Of a stretch of DNA of 64,000 nucleotides, positions 26,858 to 39,047 are shown piece after piece (the first letter of the stretch is position 1; each line of letters begins with the position of its first letter). The position numbers were made by a program, and so were the translations under genes. The DNA is from an uncultured Spirochaetota bacterium (GTDB taxonomy: Bacteria > Spirochaetota > Spirochaetia > SZUA-6 > CAVTHK01): assembly GCA_963734495.1 (NCBI GenBank), contig CAVTHK010000003.1:401318-465317 (forward strand), written 5' to 3'. Under the pieces are notes generated by a model. It made no database searches. It saw nothing but the letters and a program-made list of their open reading frames with translations, and was not told the origin of the DNA.

Positions 26858-28045
26858 TCAGAGCGAAGCCCACTCCGACAGATCGACGTCGGCCTCGTAG
26901 TCCACCCCGGGCACATCGAAGCCGTTGACGAGGAAGAACTCGTCGCGGTAGCCGCGCGCGTCCGTGATCTGGTACAGGTTCTCCGTGACGACCTGATTCC
27001 AGAGGCCGGCGATCTTGTCCTGGACCTCCGGATCCATCTCGAGATCGTCCATGCGGATGCGATCCTCATCGTCCAGCTCCAGGGGCCGGCCCGAGTGGAG
27101 CTTGTCGTAGAAGAGCCGCATCATCTGCTCCAGGCACCCCTCGTGGGTGCCCTTCTGCTTCATGACTTTGTAGAGCAGGGAAATGTAGAGCGGCACGGCG
27201 GGGATGACCGCGCTCGCGCGCGTCACCAGGGCCTTGTTGACGGAGATGAGGCAGCGCCCGCCGACGGAGGCCTGCAGGCGCGCGTCGAGCCGCCGCGTGG
27301 TCTGCTCGAGGTGCTTTTTCGCGCGCCCGATCGTCCCGTCGCGGTAGATGCTGTGCGTGACTTCCGGGCCGATGTAGGAGAAGGCGAGCGCGCGCACGCC
27401 GCGCGCGAGCAGGCCTGCCTGCTCCAGGGAGTCGATCCACAGCTCCCAGTCCTCGCCGCCCATCACCTTGACGGTGCCCTCGATTTCGTCGGGCGTCGCC
27501 GGCTCCATCGTGGTCTCGATCACCTGCTTGTTCTTCCAGTCGATGTTGCGCGTCGTGTAGGGGCTGCCGACGGGCTTGATCGCCGACGAGTACAGGACCC
27601 CCGTGGCGGGATCCGTGCGCCGCGGCGCGGCCACGCTGTACACGACCAGGTCCACGGGACCCATGTGGTCGCGCAGCTCCGCCACAGCCTTCGTGCGCAC
27701 CTCGGTCGTGAAGGCGTCGCCGTTGATGTTCCACGCCCCGACCCCGGTCTTCCGTGCTTCGCGCATCAAGGCCGCCGTGTTGTACCAGCCCGCGGTCCCG
27801 GGGTTCCCGGCGGAGGCGGGTTTCTCGTAGAACACGCCCAGCGTCTGCGTCCCCGCCCCGAAGGCGAGCACGAGGCGCGTCGCCAGCCCGTAGCCGTTGG
27901 ACGAGCCCACGATCAGGGCGCGGCGCGGCCCTGCGAACGGGCCGCGGGAGCGGATGCGCGCGATCTGCTGCTCGACGAGGCGGGCGCACCCGATGGGGTG
28001 CGACGTGATGCAGACGTTGTTGCGGACCTTGGGCTCGATCTTCAC
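26858..28045 (-). CDS. fabV: Enoyl-[ACP] reductase FabV / trans-2-enoyl-CoA reductase
   Basis: 'SHPIGC', 'GSSNGYGLA', 'GTAGWYN', 'YSVAAP', 'KVMGGEDW', 'YIGP' and 'VIPAVPLY...YKVMK..GTHEGC'. Confidence 0.95.
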   Translation of the reverse strand: MKIEPKVRNNVCITSHPIGCARLVEQQIARIRSRGPFAGPRRALIVGSSNGYGLATRLVLAFGAGTQTLGVFYEKPASAGNPGTAGWYNTAALMREARKTGVGAWNINGDAFTTEVRTKAVAELRDHMGPVDLVVYSVAAPRRTDPATGVLYSSAIKPVGSPYTTRNIDWKNKQVIETTMEPATPDEIEGTVKVMGGEDWELWIDSLEQAGLLARGVRALAFSYIGPEVTHSIYRDGTIGRAKKHLEQTTRRLDARLQASVGGRCLISVNKALVTRASAVIPAVPLYISLLYKVMKQKGTHEGCLEQMMRLFYDKLHSGRPLELDDEDRIRMDDLEMDPEVQDKIAGLWNQVVTENLYQITDARGYRDEFFLVNGFDVPGVDYEADVDLSEWASL

Positions 28046-28232
28046 CTGCGGGAATATAGTGGCGGGGCCCCGTCCACCGTCAATGCGTTTCCGCCCCCGA
28101 CAATCGCGAATTGCGGAACGAAACGCGGCGTCGTGGCGGGGGCCGGTGGGGCGCTTGGGGAGTGCACCCGCAGTTGACCGAAGATCCGGTCAACGCCATG
28201 ATACGCCACGTCACGGTCGACGAGGAGACAAC

Positions 28233-29537
28233 ATGGCACTCAATGAGATCGCAGCGAGCCTGTACGCGTGGGACCTGGCGGACGAGGGCATCGACCGCTG
28301 CCTCGACAACCTCCAGGAGCGGGCTTTGGTCAACTCGGCCTACCTGGTCGCGCTGATGCACCGCGAGAAGCGGCCTCTGCACGCCCGCTTCTACCCGCAC
28401 AATCCCAAGCGCAAGTACTACTGCCCCGAGGACAGCCGGGCCTACTGGAAGCCGGACCTCTCCTGCTACGGGCAGACGCCGATCAAGCCCATCACCTCGG
28501 AGCGCGACTTCCTCAAGGGGGTCGACTGGCTCGACGTTCTCATCAAGGCGGCGCGCAAGCGCGGGATGAAGACCGGCGCCGAGGTCTCGCACACGATCCT
28601 CGACGCCGAGGTGGCGAAGGCGAAGTTCTCCGACGTGCTGCAGCGTGACGTCTGGGGCGAGCCGATGGGCATCCCCAAGCGCCGCGTGCTCCCGTGCCCG
28701 AACGCCCCGGCGATCCGCGGCTACCTGGTGGGTCTCTTTACCGACCTGGCGAAGAACCACGACGTCGACTTCGTGCAGACCTGCCTGCTCCTGTTCGCCC
28801 AGGGCCGCTCGGAGTGGGGCGGGGGCGCCGAGTGGCAGCGCCTGCTCGACCTGGCGGCCGGCGGCTGCTTCTGCCCCTCCTGCGAGAAGGCGGCGAAGGC
28901 CGCGGGCCACGACTGGGACCGCATGGTGGCGGAGACCCGCAGGCTCGCGAACGTCGTGCGCCGCGTCAGCCTCGAGGAGCAGCACGAGGCGGAGCTCCTC
29001 GACGAGAGCAACATGACGGCCACAGCCCTGATGCTTGAGAACCCCGGCTTCACCGAGTGGCTGCGCTTCCGGGTCGAGTCGGTGACCGGGCTCTTCAAGC
29101 TGATCCACGAGGAGACCCACAAGGTCAACTCGAAGATCGACTTCCGCTACAACACGCACACCGCGTACCCTGAGCTCTCGGGCATCGACTTCAAGAGCGC
29201 GTACCAGTGGGTCGACTCGGTGCGCGAAAGCGACTACTCCGACCAGCTGGGCACCATCGAGGGGCTGGAGATCAAGCGGCGCAAGCTCCACAAGATCCGG
29301 CGCGTGCTCGGCGACAAGCCGATGCTCTGCGCGCTGGGCGTGCGGCCGAAGGCGACGCCGGAAGTGCTGCGGGCCGCCGTGAAGATCGCCCACGACTGCG
29401 GAAGCGACGGCCTGTCGCTCGGCCACTACGACGGCGCCACGATGGAGCGCCTGGTCGCGGTCGCGCAGGGCGTGCGCGAGGCGGAGGGGCAGGAGGTCGA
29501 CTGGGTGCCGCCGTCGCAGCGCAAGCCGGGGCGATGA
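28233..29537 (+). CDS. Glycoside-hydrolase-like TIM-barrel protein (GHL6/GHL10-type) of unknown specificity
   Basis: 'QRDVWG', 'CPNAPAIRGY', CxCxxC 'GCFCPSC' and 'EWLRFRVESVT' resemble GHL families. GAGGAG SD precedes ATG 28233. Confidence 0.6.
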   Translation: MALNEIAASLYAWDLADEGIDRCLDNLQERALVNSAYLVALMHREKRPLHARFYPHNPKRKYYCPEDSRAYWKPDLSCYGQTPIKPITSERDFLKGVDWLDVLIKAARKRGMKTGAEVSHTILDAEVAKAKFSDVLQRDVWGEPMGIPKRRVLPCPNAPAIRGYLVGLFTDLAKNHDVDFVQTCLLLFAQGRSEWGGGAEWQRLLDLAAGGCFCPSCEKAAKAAGHDWDRMVAETRRLANVVRRVSLEEQHEAELLDESNMTATALMLENPGFTEWLRFRVESVTGLFKLIHEETHKVNSKIDFRYNTHTAYPELSGIDFKSAYQWVDSVRESDYSDQLGTIEGLEIKRRKLHKIRRVLGDKPMLCALGVRPKATPEVLRAAVKIAHDCGSDGLSLGHYDGATMERLVAVAQGVREAEGQEVDWVPPSQRKPGR

Positions 29538-30260
29538 GCCGGCGGGTGCTGATCACGGGCGCGAGCCGCGGGATCGGGCTGGAGCTCGCGCGCTCCTACG
29601 CCGCGGCCGGCGCGCTGGTGTTTGCCGCGTGCCGCAGGCCCGGGGAGGCGCAGGCCCTGCGCGAGCTCGCGGCCGCGCACCCGGGCAGGGTCGAGTCTGG
29701 TGGCGCTCGACGTGACGGACACCGCCTCGATCGCCTCCGCGGTCGAGGCGGTCGCGTCGAAGGCCGACGGCCTCGAGCTGCTCGTCAACAACGCAGGCGT
29801 CTACCCGGGGAGCGTCTCGGCGCAGCTGCCCGAGACCACTCTCTTCGGCTCGCTGGACGGGGCGGCGATGATGGAGGTGTTCCGCGTGAACACCGTGGCG
29901 CCGGTGCTGGTGACGCAGGCCTTTGCGGAACTCCTGCGTCGCGGGACCGCCGCACGCGTGGTCAACGTGTCGTCGGACGCGGGCTCGCTCGCGCGGCGCG
30001 ACAAGGGGTGCAACTACACCTATCCCGCGAGCAAGGCGGCGCTGAACATGATGACGCGCTGCCTCGCCGGAGACTTCCGGCCGCACGGCGTCATCGTGGT
30101 CTCGGTGCACCCGGGATTCGTGCGTACGGACATGGGCGGTCCGACAGCGCCGCGCGAACCGGGCGATACGGTGCCTTCGCTCGTCCGCGTCATCGATGGG
30201 CTCACCCTTGCTTCGAGCGGCCTCTTCTTCAACTGGGACGGGAGTCCCGTGCCCTGGTGA
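29534..30260 (+). CDS. SDR oxidoreductase (CsgA/C-factor-like), frameshift near 29696
   Basis: 'LITGASRGIGLE' is in one frame. 'LDVTD', 'NNAG', 'YPASKAALNM' and 'HPGFVRTDMGG' are in the next frame. Confidence 0.88.
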
Positions 30261-30307
30261 GCGCGTCGCCCTGGCGGCGCCGCGCGCCCGGTGGCTGACC
30301 GTTTCGC

Positions 30308-30336
30308 TTGTATTTGCGGTCAGTCGTTAGTACCGT
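30308..30336 (+). promoter_or_regulatory. Possible sigma70 promoter TTGTAT-N17-TACCGT for glcD
   Basis: Hexamers with 17-nt spacing, 20 nt upstream of ATG 30357. Confidence 0.35.
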
Positions 30337-30356
30337 TGGCGCAGAGGGTTGCGCCG

Positions 30357-31839
30357 ATGGCAGAGCCGATGACCGAGCGCGTGGCGGACGAGCCGGCGCC
30401 GGCGGCAGCGCCGGCTGCCACGCCGGGGAACGATCCCTTTGTCCGAGCGCTCGCCGGCATCTTCCCGCCTGAGCGCCTGCTGGCGGACCCGGCCAAGCTC
30501 AAGCCCTACGAGCGCGACCTCACCATGCCGATGGCCGTGCGGCCGCGGGCCGTGGTCTTCGCCACCGAGCGGCAGCAGGTGATCGACGCCGTGCGCGCCT
30601 GCTACCGGCACAAGGTGCCCTACGTGGCCCGCGGCGCGGGCTCGAGCCTGAGCGGCGGCTCGCTTCCGGTCGAAGGCGGCATCGTCATCGCGCTGAAGCA
30701 GATGAACCGCGTCCTTCGCGTCGACCCGCGGAGCCGCGTCGCCGTGGTCGAGCCGGGCGTGGTCAACCTCGACGTGAGCCGCGCGGCGGCATCCTTCAAC
30801 CTCCATTACGCCCCCGACCCTTCGAGCCAGGCCTTCTGCACGATCGGAGGCAACGTCGCCTTCAACTCCGGAGGCGCGCACTGCCTGAAGTACGGGATGA
30901 CGGCCAACCACGTGCTGGGCCTGGAGGCGGTGCTCGCCGACGGCGAGGTCGTGCGCCTCGGCGGCGAGAGCCTCGAGCCCGCGGGCCCGGACCTCACGCC
31001 GTTCTTTGTCGGGAGCGAGGGCCTCTTCGGGATCGCGCTGGAGGTCACGCTGCGCCTGCTGCCGCGCGTGGAGGCCTACCGCACTGTGCTCGCCACCTAC
31101 CCGGGCCTGGAGGCCGCGGGCAACGCCGTGGCGATGGTCGTGGCCTCGGGCCTGCTCCCCGGAGCGCTGGAGATCATGGACCCGCTGGCGATCAAGGCCA
31201 CGGAGGCTGCCTCGCACGCGGGCTACCCGCTCGACTGCGGCGGCCTCGTCATCGTGGAGCTCGAAGGCGAGCGCGTCCAGGTCGAGGCGGAGTTCGAGCG
31301 CCTGATGGACCTCATCCGCCGCTCGGGGGCGCAAGCGGTGAGGGTCGCGCAGAGCGACGCGGAGCGGGCCGCGCTGTGGAAGGGCCGCAAGGCGGCCTTT
31401 ACCGCCGTGCGCAGCTTGAGCAAGAGCTACATCGTGCAGGACGGCGTCGTGCCGCGGGGAAAGCTCGGGGCCGCCCTCGCCGAGATCGAGCGCCTGTCGC
31501 GCCGTTATGCGGTCCCGGTGGCCAACGTCTTTCACGCGGGCGACGGCAACCTCCACCCCCTGATCCTCTACGCGATGGAGGGCGTCGACTGCAGCTTCGA
31601 GAAGGCGGAGCGCCTCTCGGGCGAGATCCTGCGGATGTGCATCTCCATGGGCGGCTCCATCACCGGAGAGCACGGCGTGGGCCTCGAGAAGCGCGCCTAT
31701 CTGCCCGAGATGTACGGGCCGGCCGAGATGGCGCTGATGACGGAGATGCGCGCGGTCATGGACCCCGCGACCATCGCCAATCCCGGCAAGATGCTCCTCC
31801 TCGACAAGGGACACGGAAGAGAAGTCAAGGTCAAGGTGA
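30357..31839 (+). CDS. glcD: FAD-linked oxidase, glycolate oxidase subunit GlcD-like (reads in frame into glcE in this sequence)
   Basis: '[10 protein letters not shown]', 'YAPDPSS...TIGGNVA.NSGG.HCLKYG.T', 'HAGDGNLHP', 'SITGEHGVG' and 'NPGK'. Confidence 0.88.
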
Positions 31840-32949
31840 AGGCCGCGGCCGCCCATGGCCGGGCGGGGACCGTCGCGCCCCGCGACGCGGCCGAGGTCGC
31901 CGAGGCCGTCGCCGCGGCGGAACGCGTGCACGTGCGCGGCGCCGGCACCAAGCCGGGCCTCGCGCCCGCGGCCGACGAGCACGCGACCGTGATCGACACC
32001 TCCGCGCTGCGCGGGGTGCTCGAGTACGAGCCGAACGAGTTTACCTTTACCGCGCTCGCGGGCACGCCCGTCGCCCGGATCGAGGCGTTGCTCGCGGAGC
32101 ACGGCCAGTACCTTCCCTTCGATCCGCCGTTCGCCGCGGCGGGCGCGACCCTCGGCGGCGCTGTGGCGTCGGGTTTGTCCGGCCCGGGCCGCCTGCGCTT
32201 CGGCGGCGTGCGCGACTTCATCCTTGGAGGCCGGTTCGTCGACGGAAGCGGAAGGCTGATCCGCGCCGGGGCGAAAGTCGTCAAGAACGCCGCGGGCTTC
32301 GACCTGCCCAAGCTCCTCGTCGGCAGCCTCGGCCGGCTCGGAGTCCTCGCCGAGCTCACGTTCAAGGTCTTCCCGAAGCCCGAATCATGCGCCTCGCTCG
32401 AGGCGCGCTTCCCTTCGCTGGCAGAGGCGGTTGCGGGCGCGGAGAAGCTGCTGACGGCGCCCCTCGAGATCGCGGCTCTGGACATCGAGCCCCGCGACGG
32501 GCGGGGCGGCGATGCTCGTGCGCATCGCGGGGCTGGAGGGGCAGCTCGCGCCGCGCCTCGAGCGGCTTGCGCGCCTCGCCGCCGGCGGGACCGCGCTGCG
32601 CGGCGAGCCGGAGGCGGCGCTGTGGCGGGCCGCTTCGGAGTGCGCCTGGGCGCGCGGCGGGCTGCTCGTGCGGGTGGCAGCCGCGCTGGGCCGGCTGGAG
32701 GAGCTGGACGCGGCCGCCTCGGCGCTGGGCCTCGCGCGCCGTTACTCCGGCGGCGGCAGCGCGGCCTGGCTCGCCGCCGAGAGCGACCGGCTGCCGGATG
32801 TGGACGCGATGCTGCGGCGGCTCGGGCTGCGGGGCCTGCTGGTGCGCGGTCCCGCCGGCACGCCGCTGCTCGGCGCCGCGGTCGACGAGCCGTTCCGCCG
32901 CCGCGTCGCCTCCGTGCTCGACCCCGCCGGCCGCTTCGCCAGCTGGTGA
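31836..32949 (+). CDS. glcE: FAD-binding glycolate oxidase subunit GlcE-like, frameshift near 32490
   Basis: 'VRGAGTK', '[15 protein letters not shown]', 'LPFDPP', '[13 protein letters not shown]' and '[13 protein letters not shown]'. The C-terminus lies in ORF 32512..32949 ('[11 protein letters not shown]'). Confidence 0.82.
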
Positions 32950-32985
32950 CCGGCGGCGCGTCCGCGCGCCGCGGGTGACTTCACC

Positions 32986-33943
32986 TTAGCTCAGTTCCTC
33001 CGCTCTCCAGCAGGCGACCCAGCGCCTCGGCTCGAGCTCGCGAAGGTCGGGGTCGGCGACGGCGCAGCGGTCCTGCGCGTGCGGGCAGCGCGGCGCGAAG
33101 CGGCACCCCGGCGCGGGGTCGACGGGCGAGCCGATCTCGCCTTTGAGGATGATCTGCTCCCTGCGGGCGCGGGAGTCGAAGGCGGGGATGGCGGAGATCA
33201 GCGCGCGCGTGTAGGGGTGGAGCTGCTTCGCGAAGAGCTCGCGGCTCGGCGCCTTTTCCACGAGCTGTCCGAGGTACATGACGGCGATCTCGTCGGAGAT
33301 GTGCTTGACCACGGACATGTCGTGCGTCACGAACAGGTACGTGAGACCGAGGCGGTCCTGCAGGTCCTGCATGAGGTTGAGGATCTGCGCCTGCACCGAG
33401 ACGTCGAGCGCGGAGACGGGCTCGTCGCAGACGACGAACTTCGGCTCGAGCGCGAGGGCGCGCGCGATGCCGATGCGCTGCCGCCTCCCGCCGTCGAGCT
33501 CGTGGGGGAAGGCGCCGTAGAGCCGCTCGGCGAGCTCGACCACCTCCATGAGCTCGCGGACCTTGCTCTCCAGCTCCCTCCTGCCGCGCACCCGCCGGTG
33601 GATGACGAGCGGCTCGCCGATGATCGAGGCCACGCTCATCCGCGGATCGAGGGACGCGTAGGGGTCCTGGAAGATGATCTGCATGCGGCTGCGCAGGCCC
33701 CGCAGAGCGGCGGCCTTCGCGGTGAACACGTCGATCCCGTCAAAGGTGACGCGGCCCGCCGTCGGCTCGAGCAGCCGCAGGATCACGCGGCCGATCGTGG
33801 TCTTGCCGCACCCGCTTTCGCCCACCAGGCCGAGGGTGCGGCCGGAGTCGATGTCGAACGAGACGCCGTCGACCGCGTGGACCATGCCGCGGGCGGTCGC
33901 GAAGTGCTTGCGGACCTCTCTGACCTGCAGGATGGGTGCGGGC

Positions 33944-33951
<8 letters not shown>
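32986..33951 (-). CDS. oppF: Oligopeptide/dipeptide ABC transporter ATP-binding subunit (OppF/DppF)
   Basis: GESGCGKT, 'ELDGGRRQRIG', 'CDEPVSALD', and oligo_HPY 'HPYT...CRFAPRC'. Confidence 0.92.
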
Positions 33952-34988
<1,037 letters not shown>

Positions 34989-35004
34989 GGCTCCCCTCCC
35001 GCCT

Positions 35005-35991
35005 CTACCTCTTCAGCCGCGGGTCCAGCGCGTCGCGCAGGCCGTCGCCGATCAGGTTGAAGGCCAGGATGACGGTCATGATCGCCAGCCCCGGAAAGAT
35101 CAGCGTGTGGGGCGCGGTGATGATGTAGGGCCTGCCCTCCGAGAGCATGTTCCCCCACTCGGGCGAGGGCGGCTGGATCCCGAGCCCCAGGAACGACAGG
35201 GAGGTCGCGGACAGGATCGACTGGGCCATGCCGAGGGTCGCCTGCACGATGACCGGCGCCATGCAGTTGGGCAGCACGTGCATGAGGATGGTCCGGGGGC
35301 TCCTCGCTCCGAGCGCGCGGGCGCTCTCGATGAACTCCTGGTCCTTGACGGTGAGCACCGAAGCCCGCACCAGGCGCACGTAGATCGGGACCGAGGTGAT
35401 CCCGATCGCCAGCAGCAGGTTGCGGAAGTTGGGCCCCAGGGCCGCGACGATCGCGAGCGCGAACAGGATGTTGGGGATCGCGAGGAGGATGTCGGCCCCG
35501 CGCATGATCGTGGTCTCGAGCGCCCCGCCGTAGTAGCCGGCCACCGCGCCGAGCCCGCCCCCGATGACGACCGCGAACACGATCGTCACGAAGCCGATGA
35601 TCATCGACACGCGCGCGCCGTGCATGATGCGGCCGAGGACGTCGCGGCCAAAGTTGTCCGCCCCGAGAAGATAGACGTGGCTCGTCTCGCCGCCCGGTAC
35701 GCTCACCCGGGCCGCGGCGCCCGGCGGTGCAAAGGCGTTCGGGATCTGGTTGGCGGTGATGAAGTCGTAGGAATACAGCAGGTCCGCGCTCAGGGCCACG
35801 GCCGCGTACAGCGCGACCACGACGAGGCCGGCCACGGCGAGGCGGTTCTTGCGGAAGCGCCTCCAGAACTCCTCGAAGGGACCGCGCGTGCGGGCGCGCC
35901 CGCGTTCCGCGGGCCGCCGGCTGGGGCGGGCGGACGGCGTGCCCCGCGCGGACAGCCTACGCGGCGCGGCTTCGCGCGGCTCTCGCGGCAT
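35005..35991 (-). CDS. oppC: Peptide ABC transporter permease (OppC/DppC)
   Basis: 'FWRRFRKNRLAV', 'LGADNFGRD', EAA loop 'FIESARALGA' and 'FNLIGDGLRDALDP'. Confidence 0.93.
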   Translation of the reverse strand: MPREPREAAPRRLSARGTPSARPSRRPAERGRARTRGPFEEFWRRFRKNRLAVAGLVVVALYAAVALSADLLYSYDFITANQIPNAFAPPGAAARVSVPGGETSHVYLLGADNFGRDVLGRIMHGARVSMIIGFVTIVFAVVIGGGLGAVAGYYGGALETTIMRGADILLAIPNILFALAIVAALGPNFRNLLLAIGITSVPIYVRLVRASVLTVKDQEFIESARALGARSPRTILMHVLPNCMAPVIVQATLGMAQSILSATSLSFLGLGIQPPSPEWGNMLSEGRPYIITAPHTLIFPGLAIMTVILAFNLIGDGLRDALDPRLKR

Positions 35992-36988
35992 GGCCCGCCC
36001 CCCTCTTCTTCCGTTTCGCGCTGCCGACGTACTGCGCCTTGATCCTGGGGTCGATGAACGCGTACAGGATGTCGACGAGCAGGTTCACCATGGCGAAGAC
36101 CATGGCCATGAAGACGACCGACGCGAGGATCTGAGGCGTGTCCTTGCGCTGGATCGCGTCCACCATGATGGTGCCGATGCCGGGGTAGGAGAAGACCGTC
36201 TCCGTGAGCACGGCGCCGACCAGGAGCTGGCCGACCTGCAGGCCGATCACGGTGACCACCGGGATCAGCGCGTTGCGCAGCGCGTGCTTGCGGATGACCG
36301 TCTTCTCGTCGAGGCCCTTGGCGCGGGCCGTGCGGACGTAGTCCTGGCGCACGACCTCCAGCATCGACGAGCGGGTCATGCGGGTCTGGACCGCCGTGCT
36401 CATGGCCGCCAGCGTGATGGCCGGCAGAACGATGGACATCGGGTTGGAGGGCACGGCGAGCGACGGGAAGATGTGCAGCTGCACGGAGAAGATCCAGATC
36501 AGCATCATCCCGAGCCAGAACGCCGGCATCGAGATGCCCATCAGGGCCAGCACCGTGACGAGCATGTCGGTCTTCGAATACTGGCGGGTGGCCGAGATGA
36601 TGCCGAAGGGGATCGCGATGACCACTGAGAGGAAGAGCGCGACCGTCGAGAGGAGAACCGTGTTCGGGAACCGCTCGAGGATCGTGCCGAAGACCGGCCG
36701 GTTGGAGACGTAGGAGCGGCCGAGGTCGAGCGCCACCAGGCCCCTGTAGTCGAACGAGTCTCCCGGCCCGTCGTAGCCGAAGAGGAAGTGCAGGTACTGC
36801 ACCACGAACGAACGGTCCAGTCCCATGGCCGCGCGCAGGGTGGCCACGTCTTCGGTGGTGGCGTCCTGGGGCAGCAGCATCCGGGCGGGGTCACCCGGCG
36901 AGATGTAGGTCAGCGTGAAGACGATGAACGTCACTCCCAGGACGACGGGTATGAGCTGGAAAAGCCTGCGGATGATGTAGCGGATCAT
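35957..36988 (-). CDS. oppB: Peptide ABC transporter permease (OppB/DppB)
   Basis: 'MIRYIIRRL', 'PGDPA', 'DLGRSY', 'DYVRTARAKGL' and 'NLLVDILYAFIDPRI'. Confidence 0.95.
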   Translation of the reverse strand: MIRYIIRRLFQLIPVVLGVTFIVFTLTYISPGDPARMLLPQDATTEDVATLRAAMGLDRSFVVQYLHFLFGYDGPGDSFDYRGLVALDLGRSYVSNRPVFGTILERFPNTVLLSTVALFLSVVIAIPFGIISATRQYSKTDMLVTVLALMGISMPAFWLGMMLIWIFSVQLHIFPSLAVPSNPMSIVLPAITLAAMSTAVQTRMTRSSMLEVVRQDYVRTARAKGLDEKTVIRKHALRNALIPVVTVIGLQVGQLLVGAVLTETVFSYPGIGTIMVDAIQRKDTPQILASVVFMAMVFAMVNLLVDILYAFIDPRIKAQYVGSAKRKKRGAGHAARAARSRAA

Positions 36989-37051
36989 CGAGGGCTCGCG
37001 ATGACGGCGGCGGGGGAGGGAATCCCCCGCCGCCGGGATTCGCGGAACGCG

Positions 37052-38789
37052 CTACTTCTTGGCCGCGACGTTCTTCGCGGCATTGCGCAGCTTGAAGGAG
37101 CCCGAGGGGAAGATCTCGACGCCGTCGATGTTGGTCTGGGCGGCCGAGAGGCCCATGATGGCCACCAGCGGCACGCGCGGGAGGTCCTTGAGGACCTGCC
37201 TGGCCGCGCTCTGGTAGGCGGCGTTGCGCTCCGGGCCGTTCGGCAGCGAGTTGCCCTTGTCGATCCCCTGCTGCGCTTCCTTCGTGTAGTACTTGGTGTC
37301 GTGCAGCAGAGAGGTGTTGAAACCGTCGAAGGCGACAAAGATATAGTAGGAGTCGTCCGTCTGCGTCCAGTTCACCAGAAGGTCCCAGACCTTCGGGTCG
37401 GTCTTGCTGCGCCGCGTCGCGAGCTCCGACAGGGCGACCTGCTCGATCTCGACGAGGTCGACGCCGAGCGCCTTCTTCACCTGGTCCTTGACCACGAGGG
37501 CTTCCTTGACGTAGGTGCTGCCCGAAAGCGCCGTCAGCCTGAGCGAGCTGGGCGCCTTGAGCGCCGCCGGCAGCGTGTCGAAGATCTCCTTGGCCTTCTT
37601 CGGGTTGTAGTACCCGGTCTGGTCGTTGCCTTCCTCCATGCGGGTGCCCTTGGCATCCGTGATGCGGCCGAACGGCAGGGTCTCGACGTACTGCAGCGTC
37701 ACCTTGCCGCGCTTGTCCATGATGTCGGGCGAGTTGACGATGTCCGACGGGTTGATCGAGTACAGGATCGCGTTGCGGAGCTTCGCGCTGCTCGCATTGA
37801 GGTCGTACTCGCCGTCGTTGTCGGGTGAGCCGTCGGGCCTGACCTGGCCGACCCTGGGCGAGTTCATGTTGAAGGCGAGGTAGTGGTAGCCGAAGTAGCC
37901 GTTGGTCGTAAGGATCCGCGCTCCCTGCTTCTCGATCTCGCGGGCGTCGAGAGGCACCACGTTCATGATCAGGTCGACTTCCTTGTTCATGAACGCGGTC
38001 TTGAGCGCCGACGGGTCCTTGATCGTCTTGAACACGATCTTCTCAGCGTTCGTCTTGAGCGTCTTGTCCCAGCAGTCGGGGTTGCGCTTGAGCGTGACGT
38101 TGTCGCCCTGGGTCCAGGACTCGAATTTGAAGGGGCCTGTCCCGACCGCGAAGGTGATGCCGTAGTCCTTGAGCGTGCCGTCGGCCTGGGCCTTCTCCAT
38201 CGTCTCCTTGTCCACGATCGAAGCCCCGAGCCACGTGAGCTGGTTGAGCTGCGACCCGAACGAAACCGGCGCGTAGTACCTGGCGCGGTCCGCCGCGCTC
38301 TTGAGATCGGAGTCCTTGGTGCCCGCGGGCGCCTTGGCCGCGTCGAGCTTGCCGGTGCGGAAGCTGAAGGTCATGTCGTCGATCTTCTGGATGTCGTACA
38401 TCATGGCGAAGATCGACTTCATCTGGCTCTTCTCGTGGAAGCCGCCGCGCTGGAACGAGTAGATCACGTCGTCGATGGTGAGCTTGTTCCCGTTGTGGAA
38501 CTTGACGCCGTCCTTGATCCTGATCGTGTACCGGGTGCCGTTCTCGTCGATCTTCGGCATGTCGGCGGCGAGGCCCGGGCTCGATCGTGCCGTCCTTGGT
38601 GAGCTCGTACAGCCGGTCGTAGATCAGCAGGTTGACGTTGTGCGTCGGCGTGTCGCTGTACATCGGCGGGTCCAGGATCACCGGGTCAGTGCCCTGGCCG
38701 ACGACGATCGTCAGTGGCTGTTTCGTGCCGCCGGCGCATCCCAGCAGGACTGCAGCCGCGACGATCGAGACGACCATCAATCTTTTCAT
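37052..38789 (-). CDS. oppA: Peptide ABC transporter substrate-binding lipoprotein (family 5), frameshift near 38576
   Basis: Lipobox 'LLGC', 'LDP' and 'IYDRLYEL' are in one frame. 'IKDGVKFHNG', 'VGTGPFKF' and 'YLAFNM' are in the next. GGAGG SD precedes ATG 38789. Confidence 0.9.
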
Positions 38790-38842
38790 TTCCTGACCTC
38801 CTCTTGCGTGCGAAGAAACCATCTTAGACCACCTGCGGTAAG

Positions 38843-38851
38843 TGGTACAAT
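38843..38851 (+). promoter_or_regulatory. Extended -10 element TGGTACAAT, possible promoter of the 39048 operon
   Basis: TGn-TACAAT in the oppA/39048 divergent intergenic region. Confidence 0.35.
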
Positions 38852-39047
38852 CCGATGGAGGCGGCTCCAGGCGGCTCCACCTGCGACGCAGCCGAGGCCA
38901 GAGTCGGTCTGTCGACATCCGAAATGGCGGTGCAAGCTTGATCTTTTGGAGATTATGTGCATTGCTCGATGTACAGAGGCGAGGTGTTCCCAGACGTGGG
39001 ACGTTGGTCTTGCGGTGGGGTTATTGAACGTGAGGGACGGGGCCCGC

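Noticed and set aside
30291-32978. 895-aa ORF as a genuine novel GlcD-GlcE fusion protein
   Set aside because: It is explained by a +1 insertion before a GTGA overlap, and the C-terminal ~150 aa of the ORF is out-of-frame junk. Kept only as a low-interest finding.
38475-39047. N-terminal 190 aa of ORF 38475..39986
   Set aside because: It overlaps oppA on the opposite strand and the divergent promoter region; the plausible start is ATG 39048.
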